NCBI GenBank assembly: GCA_963731195.1 | Contig: CAVSVG010000003.1 | Coordinates: 20,635-44,634, forward strand | Length of the DNA: 24,000 nucleotides | Source of the DNA: an uncultured Actinomycetota bacterium | GTDB taxonomy: Bacteria > Actinomycetota > Actinomycetes > Mycobacteriales > Mycobacteriaceae | Direction: 5' to 3' | Part shown: positions 1 to 8,466 of the stretch, piece after piece | Layout: each line of letters begins with the position of its first letter | How positions within the stretch are numbered: the stretch's first letter is position 1 | The notes under the pieces: model-generated | Seen by the model: only the letters and a program-made list of their open reading frames with translations | Told to the model about the DNA's origin: nothing | Database searches by the model: none | Made by a program: the position numbers and the translations under genes

Positions 1-3
1 AGA

Positions 4-699
4 TTAGTCGAAAAGCTGGTCCAGCGCCCGGTTTTCGAGCTCGACCCACCGTTTCACCTGGGCGCGAACATCCTCGACTTCGTGTGGGTTGAAGTGTCGA
101 GCGCCGTCAGGGGTGATGCGACAGATGTCCATGGGAGCACCGACGCTCGGCGATGTCGCGTCCAGCGCATCGAGCACGCGTAACGCCGCCACTACTCCGT
201 AGTCCACGTCCCGTTCTGTCATTCGGAAGTGCCCTAACAGCGCGTGGGCCTGCTGGGCCATTGCCGCACCGCTGCCGACGGCCTGGAAGCCGACCTCCTC
301 GTGGTGCCCGATCAAGCCGTTCGGGTCGAGATCGATGATGAACGGTATGTCGCCGGAGTAGCCTGCGGCCAGAACGTAGGTGGCGGGCGTGCCGGCGGAT
401 TTCTGCGCGGGCACTTCCTCGATGAAGTTCGCGTAGTGACGCTTGAATACCGGCAGCAACCGTTCCTGCAGGGCGTGCCCGATGTCTTTGGCCTCGACGA
501 CCGTGTCCGCCTCTGAGTTGAAGATCTGCTCTACGTCGTAGAGCACTGCACGGGATCCGCTTCCTCCCCACGCGGCGTGGGAGCCAAGAGGGTGAAGCTT
601 CTGCGCCGGGTAGCTCAGCCCCCTCGCTGAGTCGGTGATTTGCGAGTCCGAAGCCATCACCACTCCGTCGGCGCAGCGCAGCGCGAGAACGACGGTCAC
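4..699 (-). CDS. Proteasome-type Ntn hydrolase, stand-alone bacterial proteasome homologue (BPH-like), no propeptide
   Basis: I take GTG 699-697 as the start rather than the ORF-track start at 762, because it overlaps the upstream TGA (GTGA, 696-699). From this start the product is M-TVVLALRCADGVVMASDSQITDSARGLSYPAQK. This puts Thr1, Asp17 and Lys33 at the canonical 20S beta-subunit positions, with an AVGSG motif later. The stop is TAA at 6-4. Confidence 0.7.
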   Translation of the reverse strand: MTVVLALRCADGVVMASDSQITDSARGLSYPAQKLHPLGSHAAWGGSGSRAVLYDVEQIFNSEADTVVEAKDIGHALQERLLPVFKRHYANFIEEVPAQKSAGTPATYVLAAGYSGDIPFIIDLDPNGLIGHHEEVGFQAVGSGAAMAQQAHALLGHFRMTERDVDYGVVAALRVLDALDATSPSVGAPMDICRITPDGARHFNPHEVEDVRAQVKRWVELENRALDQLFD

Positions 700-1364
700 G
701 GGCCACCTTTCCAATGTTCGATGCGGTGGTAGTCGGGAGTGAAGCCGTGGTCCACTCCCCACAGGACAGCCTGGGTCCGGCTTCCGGCTCCGATCTTGCG
801 GTAGATCGATCGGATGTAGGACTTCACAGTGTTGGGACTGAGATAGGTGAGCTTCGCGACCTCGGCATTGCTCTTACCCTGGGTGATCAGGGCCAGGATC
901 TCGGACTCACGATCGCTGAGTCCTTCGCCCCGGCCGGGCCAATCGAGCCCTACGGCGCTGCGCGCCCGCGGCGGAGCATCGCTGATGACTGTCTCTCCGG
1001 CATGCACGGCCTCCAGCGCGGCGACCAACTCTCGTGCAGGCAACGTCTTCGAGATGTACCCGTGGGCACCGTGCTGCCGGGCACTCTCGATGAGGTCCGG
1101 GTGAAAGTTCCAGGTGTACACCACGACTCGGCGTGCACGCGGGTTGTCGACCAGAACGGCGATCTCTTCGTGGTCCGATTCCGGTTGGGCGAACGAGTCA
1201 TACAGGACGATGTCGACGGTGTCCTGGACGGCCATGTTCGTGTCGAGCTCGGCGACGACGATTCGGTCGCGGTACTTGTCGAACATGTTGGCCACGCCCA
1301 TCACCACCACGTCGTAGTCGTCGACGAGGGCCACGGTGATCGGCTTGTTCGGGCGCGAGGCCAT
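696..1364 (-). CDS. NarL/LuxR (FixJ)-family two-component response regulator, orphan
   Basis: The receiver residues are present: VALVDDYD, the acceptor Asp in IVLYDSF, Thr in VVVYTWN and Lys in HGYISK. The C-terminal GerE/LuxR HTH reads LSDRESEILALITQGKSNAEVAKLTYLSPNTVKSYIRSIYRKIG. ATG 1364 is preceded by GGGAGG. The GTG at 1418 used by the ORF track only adds a repeat-derived leader. Confidence 0.85.
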   Translation of the reverse strand: MASRPNKPITVALVDDYDVVVMGVANMFDKYRDRIVVAELDTNMAVQDTVDIVLYDSFAQPESDHEEIAVLVDNPRARRVVVYTWNFHPDLIESARQHGAHGYISKTLPARELVAALEAVHAGETVISDAPPRARSAVGLDWPGRGEGLSDRESEILALITQGKSNAEVAKLTYLSPNTVKSYIRSIYRKIGAGSRTQAVLWGVDHGFTPDYHRIEHWKGGP

Positions 1365-1374
1365 GGGTTGAAAG

Positions 1375-1414
1375 TACCTCCCTAGGGGTGTGGTTGCTAC
1401 CTCCCTAGGGGTGT
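1375..1414. promoter_or_regulatory. Two exact 17-bp direct repeats (TACCTCCCTAGGGGTGT) spaced 23 bp start to start, each with a CCCTAGGG palindrome; candidate operator in a divergent promoter region
   Basis: The copies at 1375-1391 and 1398-1414 are identical base for base. They lie between the regulator start (1364) and the divergent small membrane gene (1496). The proximal copy contains the regulator's Shine-Dalgarno sequence. Confidence 0.5.
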
Positions 1415-1495
1415 TCACTGGGTTTTGTCGAGCGATCGCTCGGCGCGGTGCGCTTTACGAGCGCACAGGGCGGCCCTGACCAGAAAGGCTCTGCC

Positions 1496-1651
1496 ATGAT
1501 TGTTTTAGGGATCATCCTGCTCATCGCCGGATTCCTGCTCAAGATTTCGGTTCTGTGGACGATCGGAATCATTCTGCTCGTCGTGGGTGTCGTGCTGGCG
1601 CTCCTTGGCTCGACGGGACGCGCTGTCGGCGGTCGGCGCCACTACTTCTAA
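1496..1651 (+). CDS. Small two-helix hydrophobic membrane protein (51 aa)
   Basis: ATG 1496 is preceded by GAAAGG. The product MIVLGIILLIAGFLLKISVLWTIGIILLVVGVVLALLGSTGRAVGGRRHYF has two hydrophobic helices and a basic tail, which is typical of small actinobacterial membrane peptides. Confidence 0.55.
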   Translation: MIVLGIILLIAGFLLKISVLWTIGIILLVVGVVLALLGSTGRAVGGRRHYF

Positions 1652-2124
1652 CCGTCTACCGCAACCTGCGGCCGAGCGCGGGTGGTGTTGCGTGCGACAC
1701 CACCCGCTGCGGCAGGGCCCTCGGCCTCTGTCACCGCGACACGATTGTGCCTGCTGCGCTGATACACGACGGCAGTCGCGATCACCGCCTCGATCGCGGC
1801 CAGCGCCGTCGCGAACGTCATCATCTCTGAGTGCGTTGGCATCGCGGCTATATCCGCTCGGCCGCCATGCTGATGGCCTACGGCGAACGGGGTGTGCATT
1901 CCGATCATCGCGATATTCATCATTGCGACCAGCACCCATGTCCGAAGCTCACCCTGAACCCAGAGCTCCCACGCACAGTAGAGGCATGCGGCAGTCATTC
2001 CCATGATCAATACCGCGGCCGCGGGGCTCTCAGTGTGCACGATTGTAATCCCGTGCAGCACAGCCGAACACGCGGCGAGCAACGCGCACGTGCGGCGTCC
2101 GACCACAGCCGCCTGAGCGATCAT
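1648..2124 (-). CDS. Hypothetical four-helix membrane protein rich in His/Met/Cys
   Basis: ATG 2124-2122 overlaps the TGA of the upstream DUF899 gene (ATGA, 2121-2124). There are four hydrophobic segments plus the motif MMNIAMIGMHTPFAVGHQHGG. The family was not recognised. Confidence 0.5.
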   Translation of the reverse strand: MIAQAAVVGRRTCALLAACSAVLHGITIVHTESPAAAVLIMGMTAACLYCAWELWVQGELRTWVLVAMMNIAMIGMHTPFAVGHQHGGRADIAAMPTHSEMMTFATALAAIEAVIATAVVYQRSRHNRVAVTEAEGPAAAGGVARNTTRARPQVAVDG

Positions 2125-2834
2125 CCCGCCTGACCGTTCGACGGCTCGGGGGTTTCGTATTCGTCGTGCCAGTTCCACCATTCATAGGGGGCGCTCTGCG
2201 GGTACCCGTCCGGGGAGTCCTCCCAATTCTCCTGCCGACCCAGCGCAGTGATGTCGAGGTAACTCCAGACGCTGCCCATCGCTTCGTCACCGCGGTTGTT
2301 GATGAAGTAGGTGCGGTACACACGCTCACCGTCGCGGACGAACGCGTTGGTCCCGTGCCATTCGTCGACACCAAAGTCGACGTCGAACTCGTTGCCCGAT
2401 TCGGAGCGGATGGTGTACCAGGGCATCTCCCACCCCATCCGCGCCTTCAACCGTTCGATGTCGGTCTGCGGTCCGCGGGACGCGAAAACCAGCGTGGTGT
2501 CGCGGGCGTTGAGGTGGGCGACGTGACCGACCTGGTCGGCAAGCAAGGAGCAGCCCGGGCATGCGTGATCGGGCCACCCGTGCACTCCGGGCTCGAAGAA
2601 GGCGCGGTACACGATGAGCTGGCGACGCCCTGCGAACAGGTCGAGCAGGCTGGCCTTGCCATCGGGCCCGTCGAACTCGTAGACCTTGTCCACGGCCAGC
2701 CAGGGCATCCGTCGGCGCGCTGCGGCCAGCGCGTCGCGGGCGCGGGTCAGCTCTTTCTCTCTGACCAGCATGTCGCCAAGCGCGGCTTCCCATTCGGGCG
2801 CCGACACGATCGGCGGATTAGACGCCAGAGTCAC
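2121..2834 (-). CDS. DUF899 thioredoxin-like family protein
   Basis: The 237-aa product matches the DUF899 pattern: EWEAALGDMLVREKELTRARDALAAARRRMPW, DGPDGKASLLDLFAGRRQLIVY, the CPGCS motif, and a C-terminal NWEDSPDGYPQ..WWNWHDEY. AAGGAG lies 8 nt before GTG 2834. Confidence 0.85.
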   Translation of the reverse strand: MTLASNPPIVSAPEWEAALGDMLVREKELTRARDALAAARRRMPWLAVDKVYEFDGPDGKASLLDLFAGRRQLIVYRAFFEPGVHGWPDHACPGCSLLADQVGHVAHLNARDTTLVFASRGPQTDIERLKARMGWEMPWYTIRSESGNEFDVDFGVDEWHGTNAFVRDGERVYRTYFINNRGDEAMGSVWSYLDITALGRQENWEDSPDGYPQSAPYEWWNWHDEYETPEPSNGQAG

Positions 2835-2909
2835 GTCACCGTCTCCTTACCTGCATTCGGTGTGGAGATATTGGTCTCCGACAGTGCAGACCCGTCTCAC
2901 ACCCGAATC

Positions 2910-4412
2910 TCATCGGTCGAGGGCGAAGATCTGCACGCCGGTCGATTTTCCCTTCAGGGCGTGGGCTCCTCGGTCGGTGAGGCCGGTCGGTCGAGACGGC
3001 AGGGCGTCGGCGGTCTGCTCGGTGAGAAGGATTGTGTCGCCCGTGGTCTTGGTGAGCTGTTCGACGCGGGCGGCGACGTTGACGGTGTCGCCGATCAGGG
3101 TGAATTCCAGCTTGCTTCCGCCGCCGATGGTGCCCGCGATCACCAGGCCGGTGTTGATCCCGATGCCGATCCGCAATGCACCGTCGAATCGCTCGGCGAC
3201 GAGCGTTTGAATCACCACCGCGGCACTTACCGCGGCGTCGGCATGGTCCGCGAGTTCGTTGGGGGCGCCGAAGACCGCCAGCGCTCCGTCGCCAAGGAAC
3301 TTGTTCACATGCCCACCGGCATCGACGACGGCAGGCACCACGATCTCGAACAGCGCGTTGAGGCGGGCGACGGTGTCCTCGGCGGTGTTGGCTTCGGCGA
3401 ACGGGGTGAAATCGCGGATGTCGACGAACATCACCGTCACCTCGCGGCGCTCACCGGTGAACACATCGTCGCCCTGCTCAAGCAGCCGGGCCGCAGAGCC
3501 GGGATCGACGTACGTCCCGAATGCCGCCTGAAGTCGTTGCCGCTCAGCCAAACCCGCCTGCATCCGGTTGAACGACGCCGCCAGCGCGCCGAGGTCGTCG
3601 TCCTGAACCACCGGCAGCCGTTGGCTGTAATCACCTGCCGCAACACGTTCGGTTCCTTCGGCGAGATCGCGAATCGGTCGCAGAGACGGCGAGAAGGCGG
3701 CGCCGACGGCCATCGGCACCGCCAAGCCAACCGTCAACGCACCACCGATCACGACGGCGAGCACGGGGACCTCGCTGGCCCGATCGACCACGGCCGCCAG
3801 CACCGCGCCCAAGACGGCGAACGCGAAGGCGACCGCGAGCATGGACACGTTCGACCACGCGGCGAAAGTCGGACGAGGACGGGGCAGGGAGTCACCGATA
3901 CCCGTGTCACCGGCGATGGCGACCCTGGCCGGCCGCAGCGCTGCTTCCACGAAGCTGTGCACGGCGATCAGCTGGACAGCCGTTCCCAGGACGGCGCCCA
4001 GGATCGCGTATTGGACGAGTCGCGACCCGGTCGCCCCGGCGATCGCACCGACAACGACCGCAAGCAGCGCGCCGAAACGGCGTGGGCCGCCACCGCTCGG
4101 GCAACCGCCGCCCGAGCCTAGGCGTAGGTGACGTCCAGTGCCCTTGCCCGATCGACCTCACGGCCGGCTGCCCACCGCTCCGCAGAGCGCGAGCCGGTCC
4201 GAGGCCGGGAAGAATCACGCATACACCAGCACCAGCACGGCGACAACGGTGACGGCGGCCGCCTCGACGTAGCGATCGGACTCCTCGAAAGCGACGACGA
4301 CAAACGACAAAACGAGGTAGATCGTTAGCAGTATCGGGAACGCGATCGCGCAAATCGCCCACGAGTACCTCGCTGCGTACCGATCCCACGCCCACTGCCA
4401 GATGCGGTCCAT
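2910..4412 (-). pseudogene. 6TM-HAMP class III adenylate cyclase with a disrupted N-terminal membrane anchor; the residual ORF 2910-3962 keeps 2 TM, HAMP and the cyclase domain
   Basis: The HAMP region reads PIRDLAEGTERVAAGDYSQRL...FNRMQAGL. The cyclase core includes VTVMFVDIRDFTPF, HVNKFLGDGALAVFG and FTLIGDTVNVAARVE. The first two TM helices are encoded at 4412-4218 and end at TGA 4217-4215. A helix-linker that looks genuine (SAERWAAGREVDRARALDVTYA) sits in another frame and ends at TAG 4120-4118. The cyclase frame is open from 4157 but has no ATG/GTG/TTG before 3962. Confidence 0.7.
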
Positions 4413-4504
4413 GTCGGGACACTAAACGTCCACCGAAACGAGTTCATGGCATCGACACTTTCGGTGTCCAGCAATTCGGCGTCGTGCTGACCGCGGCGGA
4501 TAAC

Positions 4505-5161
4505 ATGCTCGTATTCAGAAACGACGCAAACCCAATGCCGAAGAACGCCGCCGCGATCTATGCGATGCGGCAATTCAGTTGTTGGCCGATGAGGGCGCCA
4601 AGGGCCTGAGCCACCCGAAGGTCGACCGCTACGCCGAGGTGCCGAACGGCAGTACGTCGTTTTACTTCCGCACCCGCTCGGCACTCCTGCGGGCCACTGC
4701 CGAGCGTCTCGCCGAGCTGGATCTCGCCGACTTGATGTCTGTCGCCAACCCGATCGAGGGGCGACAACTTCGCTTCGGGGCACGCGTCCCGACTCGCCAC
4801 GATGGTCATGCTCTCGGCGGACGAACCACGTCTGACCCGGACGAAGGCACGCTTCGAACTCCTGCTGCAGGCCAACCGTGACCCGGATCTCGCCGAGGCG
4901 TTCAGGCACAACAGCGAAATGTTCACCGAATTGCACCGCCGAGAAATCATGTCTCGTTCCGACTCGGGAGATGACCCCGACCCCAAGGTGCTGGACGAAC
5001 AGACCGCGGCCACAATGAGTTTCGTCAGCGGTGTGCACATGAGCTTCATCGCGGGCGATCGGTCGATCACCAGCGCCCAGCAGCTGGACCTTCTGCTCAT
5101 CGGAATCGCAGACGGCATCGCGGCCGCCTACAGCCGCTGCAGCTCAAAGCCGCGGCGCTAG
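4505..5161 (+). pseudogene. TetR-family transcriptional regulator, frameshifted
   Basis: The HTH half (NAEERRRDLCDAAIQLLADEGAKGLSHPKVDRYAEVPNGSTSFYFRTRSALL) is in frame 1. That frame has no canonical start before TTG 4579. The ligand-domain half (ASRLATMVMLSADEPRLTRTKARFELLLQANRDPDLAEAF...) is in frame 2. The switch is near the GGGG run at 4758-4761. ATG 4505 is in frame 2, which implies a second shift near 4514-4530. Confidence 0.7.
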
Positions 5162-5174
5162 AACGCCGCAAACA

Positions 5175-6353
5175 TCACCAGATGCGACGAAGCTGGGCTC
5201 CGGTCCGACGGTGTCGCAACTGCACCTCTCGCTCCGCAGGCGTAAGCACCGCAGTGCCTTCGGGCAAGTGCTTGAGCACTTCGGCGACCGGTACCTTCGT
5301 CACCTTCGCTTCGGGATACTCGTCGGCCCGGTAGAAGCGGGCCTGCAGGATGCCCCACGGCCAATCCGCCTTGTCGAGCCAATTGTGTACGCCAGGATCT
5401 TGTTTGGACACCACGCCGCGGAACCAGCCGTCGGAGTCGATGCGCGCCTGCGCGTCGTTGAGGCTCGACTGCCGGTTCACCCAGTCGACGGTCGAGAAGC
5501 GGTCGTCGGCGACGAGGATCTGCCAGTAATAGCAGTCGGTCGGCACGGGAAACTCCACGACGAGCGCTTCGTCGTCACCGATTTCATGGATTCCGTCGTA
5601 GTACGCCTGCTTGGTGGCCAGGCCGCCGCCCTGCTGGATCCATTGGCTGACCGGAGTAGCACATTGAGGCCGTGGTGTTCCCGGTAGTAGCGGACTAGCT
5701 CCATATCGAAGTCGATCATGCCCTTGATCCAGTCGCCCATCTCCGAGAAGCGTCGGGCGATCTCCGCGGGCGCCATGTCCTCCCCCGCATCGTCGAGCCG
5801 GTTGATGGCGACCTGCGCGTCGATCTCGGTATTCCAGTCGCACGCGCACTTTCGCATCAACAGCTTGCCGACCTCGGGGTTGAGCTGCCACCAGTCGCCG
5901 TCGTAGCCCTGCTGGTCGTTCGACGCTGAGGACGACTCGGAAGGAGCCGTCCTCGGCGATGGTCAGATCGTCGAGATCGTGGGTGATGGCGTTGAACTTC
6001 ATCTTCCGCTCGACGCCCTTGAGGCTCGTCATCATCCCCGGAGCCTGCTGGGTGATCTCCACGAACCGGACGGTGCCCCGTCGACCGACCAGTTCATAGA
6101 CGCCTGCACCGTCGATCTCGGCGTTCAGGTACACGTAGTCGGGGTTGGGTCCGCCCTGGTTGCAGGCGTAGTTCCACAGCGGCATGAAGACCGGCCGCCG
6201 GGCGTCGGTATAGACGTTGCAGAGGTAGCCACACGCCAGGATCGACAGCGCCAGCTTGTTCATGTCCTGGACTTCGGCTTCGGATGCCCCGTCGGGCCGC
6301 CAGGTCGCCAGCAGGTGATCGGCGACACCCTTCAGCGGCTTCCATCTGGGCAT
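5175..6353 (-). pseudogene. DUF1214-like protein, two compensating frameshifts
   Basis: The N- and C-terminal thirds share one frame (PLWNYACNQGGPNPDYVYLNAEIDG; CYYWQILVADDRFSTVDW...DGWFRGVVSKQDPGVHNWLDKADWPWGILQARFY). The middle third reads sensibly only in another frame (YDGDWWQLNPEVGKLLMRKCACDWNTEIDAQVAINRLDDAGEDMAPAEIARRFSEMGDWIKGMIDFDMELVRYYREHHGLNV). The switches are at about 5906 (next to CCC 5907-5909) and about 5660-5675. Confidence 0.55.
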
Positions 6354-6379
6354 CCCAGGTGGGCAGTGCAGTCATGGTG

Positions 6380-7499
6380 TCATCCCTCCACCGCCACGTC
6401 GAAGTGGCGGATGTAGAAGTCGTAGTCGGATCGGATCTGGTCGACGTCGAGGCCGAACTGCTCGGCGGTGTAGCGATGAGTACCCTTGGCGCCCATCGCG
6501 TTCGCCTCCTGCCAGTCGAAGATGGTCTGTGCGACAGCCGGGGTGAGCTCGAGACCCAGCCAGTCGTAGACACGACCTATCGTGCCCTTCGGATCTGTGA
6601 CGAGTTCGCGGTGGTGAATATCGAGAAACCGGTCGTCGCCGATGCGCCCGCGCTCTTCGATGGCCCGCTGCATGCCCTCGCGCAGGTGGTCGCTGACCTC
6701 TCGGCCGAGTGACTGCAGGTCGCGCTGGCCCGCAGCGGGCGGGAAGATCGTCGAAACCAGGCTCGTGTAGGACGGGACGACCTTGGCCGGGTCGCGGTGC
6801 GTCATCACAAATCGCACGTCTGGATACGCGACGGGCGAGCGCCTCCAGGTGGAACTTGTGGTGCGGGGCCTTGAAGAGCCACAGCTCGGGTGGCCGTTTC
6901 GACCCGAGCAGCTTCACCACCCGCCGATGGTACTCGTATGTGTCGGTCAAATCCGCACTGCGCCACCACTTTCGGTAGCCGGCCACCGGCAGCGTCATCT
7001 GCTGGCCGTGGAAGGCCATCCCGAGGATCTCGGTGTCCTCCATCGTGGCGTCGACTTCGAAGATATGCATCGACGGCATCCGCGGCGGAGCGCTCCTCGT
7101 GCCTGCGAACAAACGCCAGCGCGCCGCGGATCATCGGCTTCGTCGTGCGACGACGGGGGCGGCACCGGCTTGGTCTGCTCCCAGCCGCGCAGGCAGCGGA
7201 ACTGCGGATCGAGCGACAGCATGTCGGCGAGCGCGGTGGTTCCGGTGCGAGGCAGTCCGTTGATGTCGATCGGACCGCTGATGGTGACATCCTCGACGTC
7301 GGGGTGCTGCGCGTACCAGGCCTCGACCTCGAGGCGGTTGACGAGCCTGCGCCGCAGGTCGCCGATCACCGCCGTCGTCGGTGTCGCGATGCAGGTCGCC
7401 ATCGCGTTCGAGGCTGTCGAGAAGTACCTCCAAGCCCGTCGCGGAAGTCGCCAGGACCGAAGTCCTCGTGGCCGCTTTCGCAATTGCCTCCTGCAGCAA
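6380..7499 (-). pseudogene. Sulfotransferase family protein (mycobacterial Stf-type), at least 3 frameshifts
   Basis: The protein-like sequence alternates between frames:
- LLQEAIAKA...GLEVLLDSLERD, frame of 7499.
- IGDLRRRLVNRLEVEAWYAQHPDVEDVTISGPIDINGLPRTGTTALADMLSLDPQFRCLRGWEQTKPVPPP (PAPS-binding loop), frame of 7855.
- PSMHIFEVDATMEDTEILGMAFHGQQMTLPVAGYRKWWRSADLTDTYEYHRRVVKLLGSKRPPELWLFKAPHHKFHLEA, frame of 7112.
- YPDVRFVMTHRDPAKVVPSY...DYDFYIRHFDV, frame of 6817.

The switches are near 7390, 7090-7140 and 6843. The frame is open to 7538 but has no canonical start before TTG 7499. Confidence 0.75.
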
Positions 7500-7527
7500 C
7501 CGATCAGCGGTCGGATAGCGCAGCGCC

Positions 7528-8446
7528 TCAGCGCTCCTTCACGCGATCGGGATAGTGGTGCGCGGCCATGGCACGAAATCCGTCCCGCCAGTCCACGGTG
7601 CACGGTCCTGTGATCGACGTCCGTTTGGTGTGATCGCCGACCGACCCGACCGATGCGCCGGGCACGACCTCGACTCGGACGTCGGCCTGCACACCCAGCA
7701 GGTCGGCGAAATAGTTCGACCACTGCTGGACGGTGACGGGCACGTCGCCCGCGAAGTTCACGATCGTGGCGGGAACACTGGCCGCATCGAGCAACGGTGA
7801 GACGAACCTGTTGATGTCGTCGTAGTGAATGGGGCTGTACGGCAACGGATCCCATCGGGCTACGACGGGCTTACCCTCGGCTATGGCCCGAAGATGCCAT
7901 AGCGGCAGACCACCACGGTCACCGTAGGCGCTGCCCATCCGGGCAATGGTGACCGGCAGAGTCGAATTCGCGAGCGCAGTAACGCGCCACGGCTTCCTCG
8001 GCGATCTTCACGATGGAGTACGGCTGCGGACTGGGTAACCCGGCATCACCGATCGGATCGTCTTCGGTGAACGCGTGCCAGGGATCCGGGTGTGGCTTGT
8101 ACACGGTGACCGTCGACATGACCAACGCGGCCTTCGCGTTTCGGCAGTGCGACATCAACAGCCCGGTGCCTTCGGCATTGACACGCAAGCCACGCTCGTA
8201 GTCCTCGCTGAAGTCGGCGGCGATGTGAAGCAGATACGTGAAATCGTCTGGCAGATCGCTGAAGTCGGGATCGCCCAGGTCGACGGTTCGCGTCGTGACG
8301 CCCAGCGCCTCGACCTCGTCACGCACCGCGGCATCGGAGAAGCGCGCGATACCCCAGACCTCGTTGTCGGCCGCGAGCGTCTTGGCGATGCCGAATGCGA
8401 TCCGTCCGCCAGGACCGGTGACGAGAACCTTTTCGCCACTCAGCAT
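7528..8446 (-). pseudogene. NAD-dependent epimerase/dehydratase family protein, one frameshift
   Basis: The N-terminal Rossmann part (MLSGEKVLVTGPGGRIAFGIAKTL...PYSIVKIAEEAVARYCAREFD) is in one frame. The remainder (LPVTIARMGSAYGDRGGLPLWHL...DWRDGFRAMAAHHYPDRV) is in another. The join is at about 7960-7965, where one extra base lies between GAC and CTG. Confidence 0.75.
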
Positions 8447-8466
8447 GGGCGCACACCGGTCGTGAC

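Noticed and set aside
2864-2879. Hairpin GGAGA-TATTGG-TCTCC downstream of the cyclase gene, as an intrinsic terminator
   Set aside because: The stem is only 5 bp, there is no T-run, and it overlaps the DUF899 ribosome-binding region. This is too weak to call.
2166-4121. 651-aa ORF on the plus strand, the longest in its region
   Set aside because: It runs antisense across the DUF899 and adenylate cyclase genes. It is Arg/Gly/Asp-rich and low-complexity with no motifs. This is a typical shadow ORF of a high-GC genome.
6783-7855. Long ORFs 6783-7613 (+), 6890-7555 (+) and the N-terminal two-thirds of 6995-7855 (-)
   Set aside because: They are antisense or out of frame relative to the sulfotransferase and epimerase coding segments and are Arg-rich. 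Only the short stretches listed under the pseudogene calls look like real protein.
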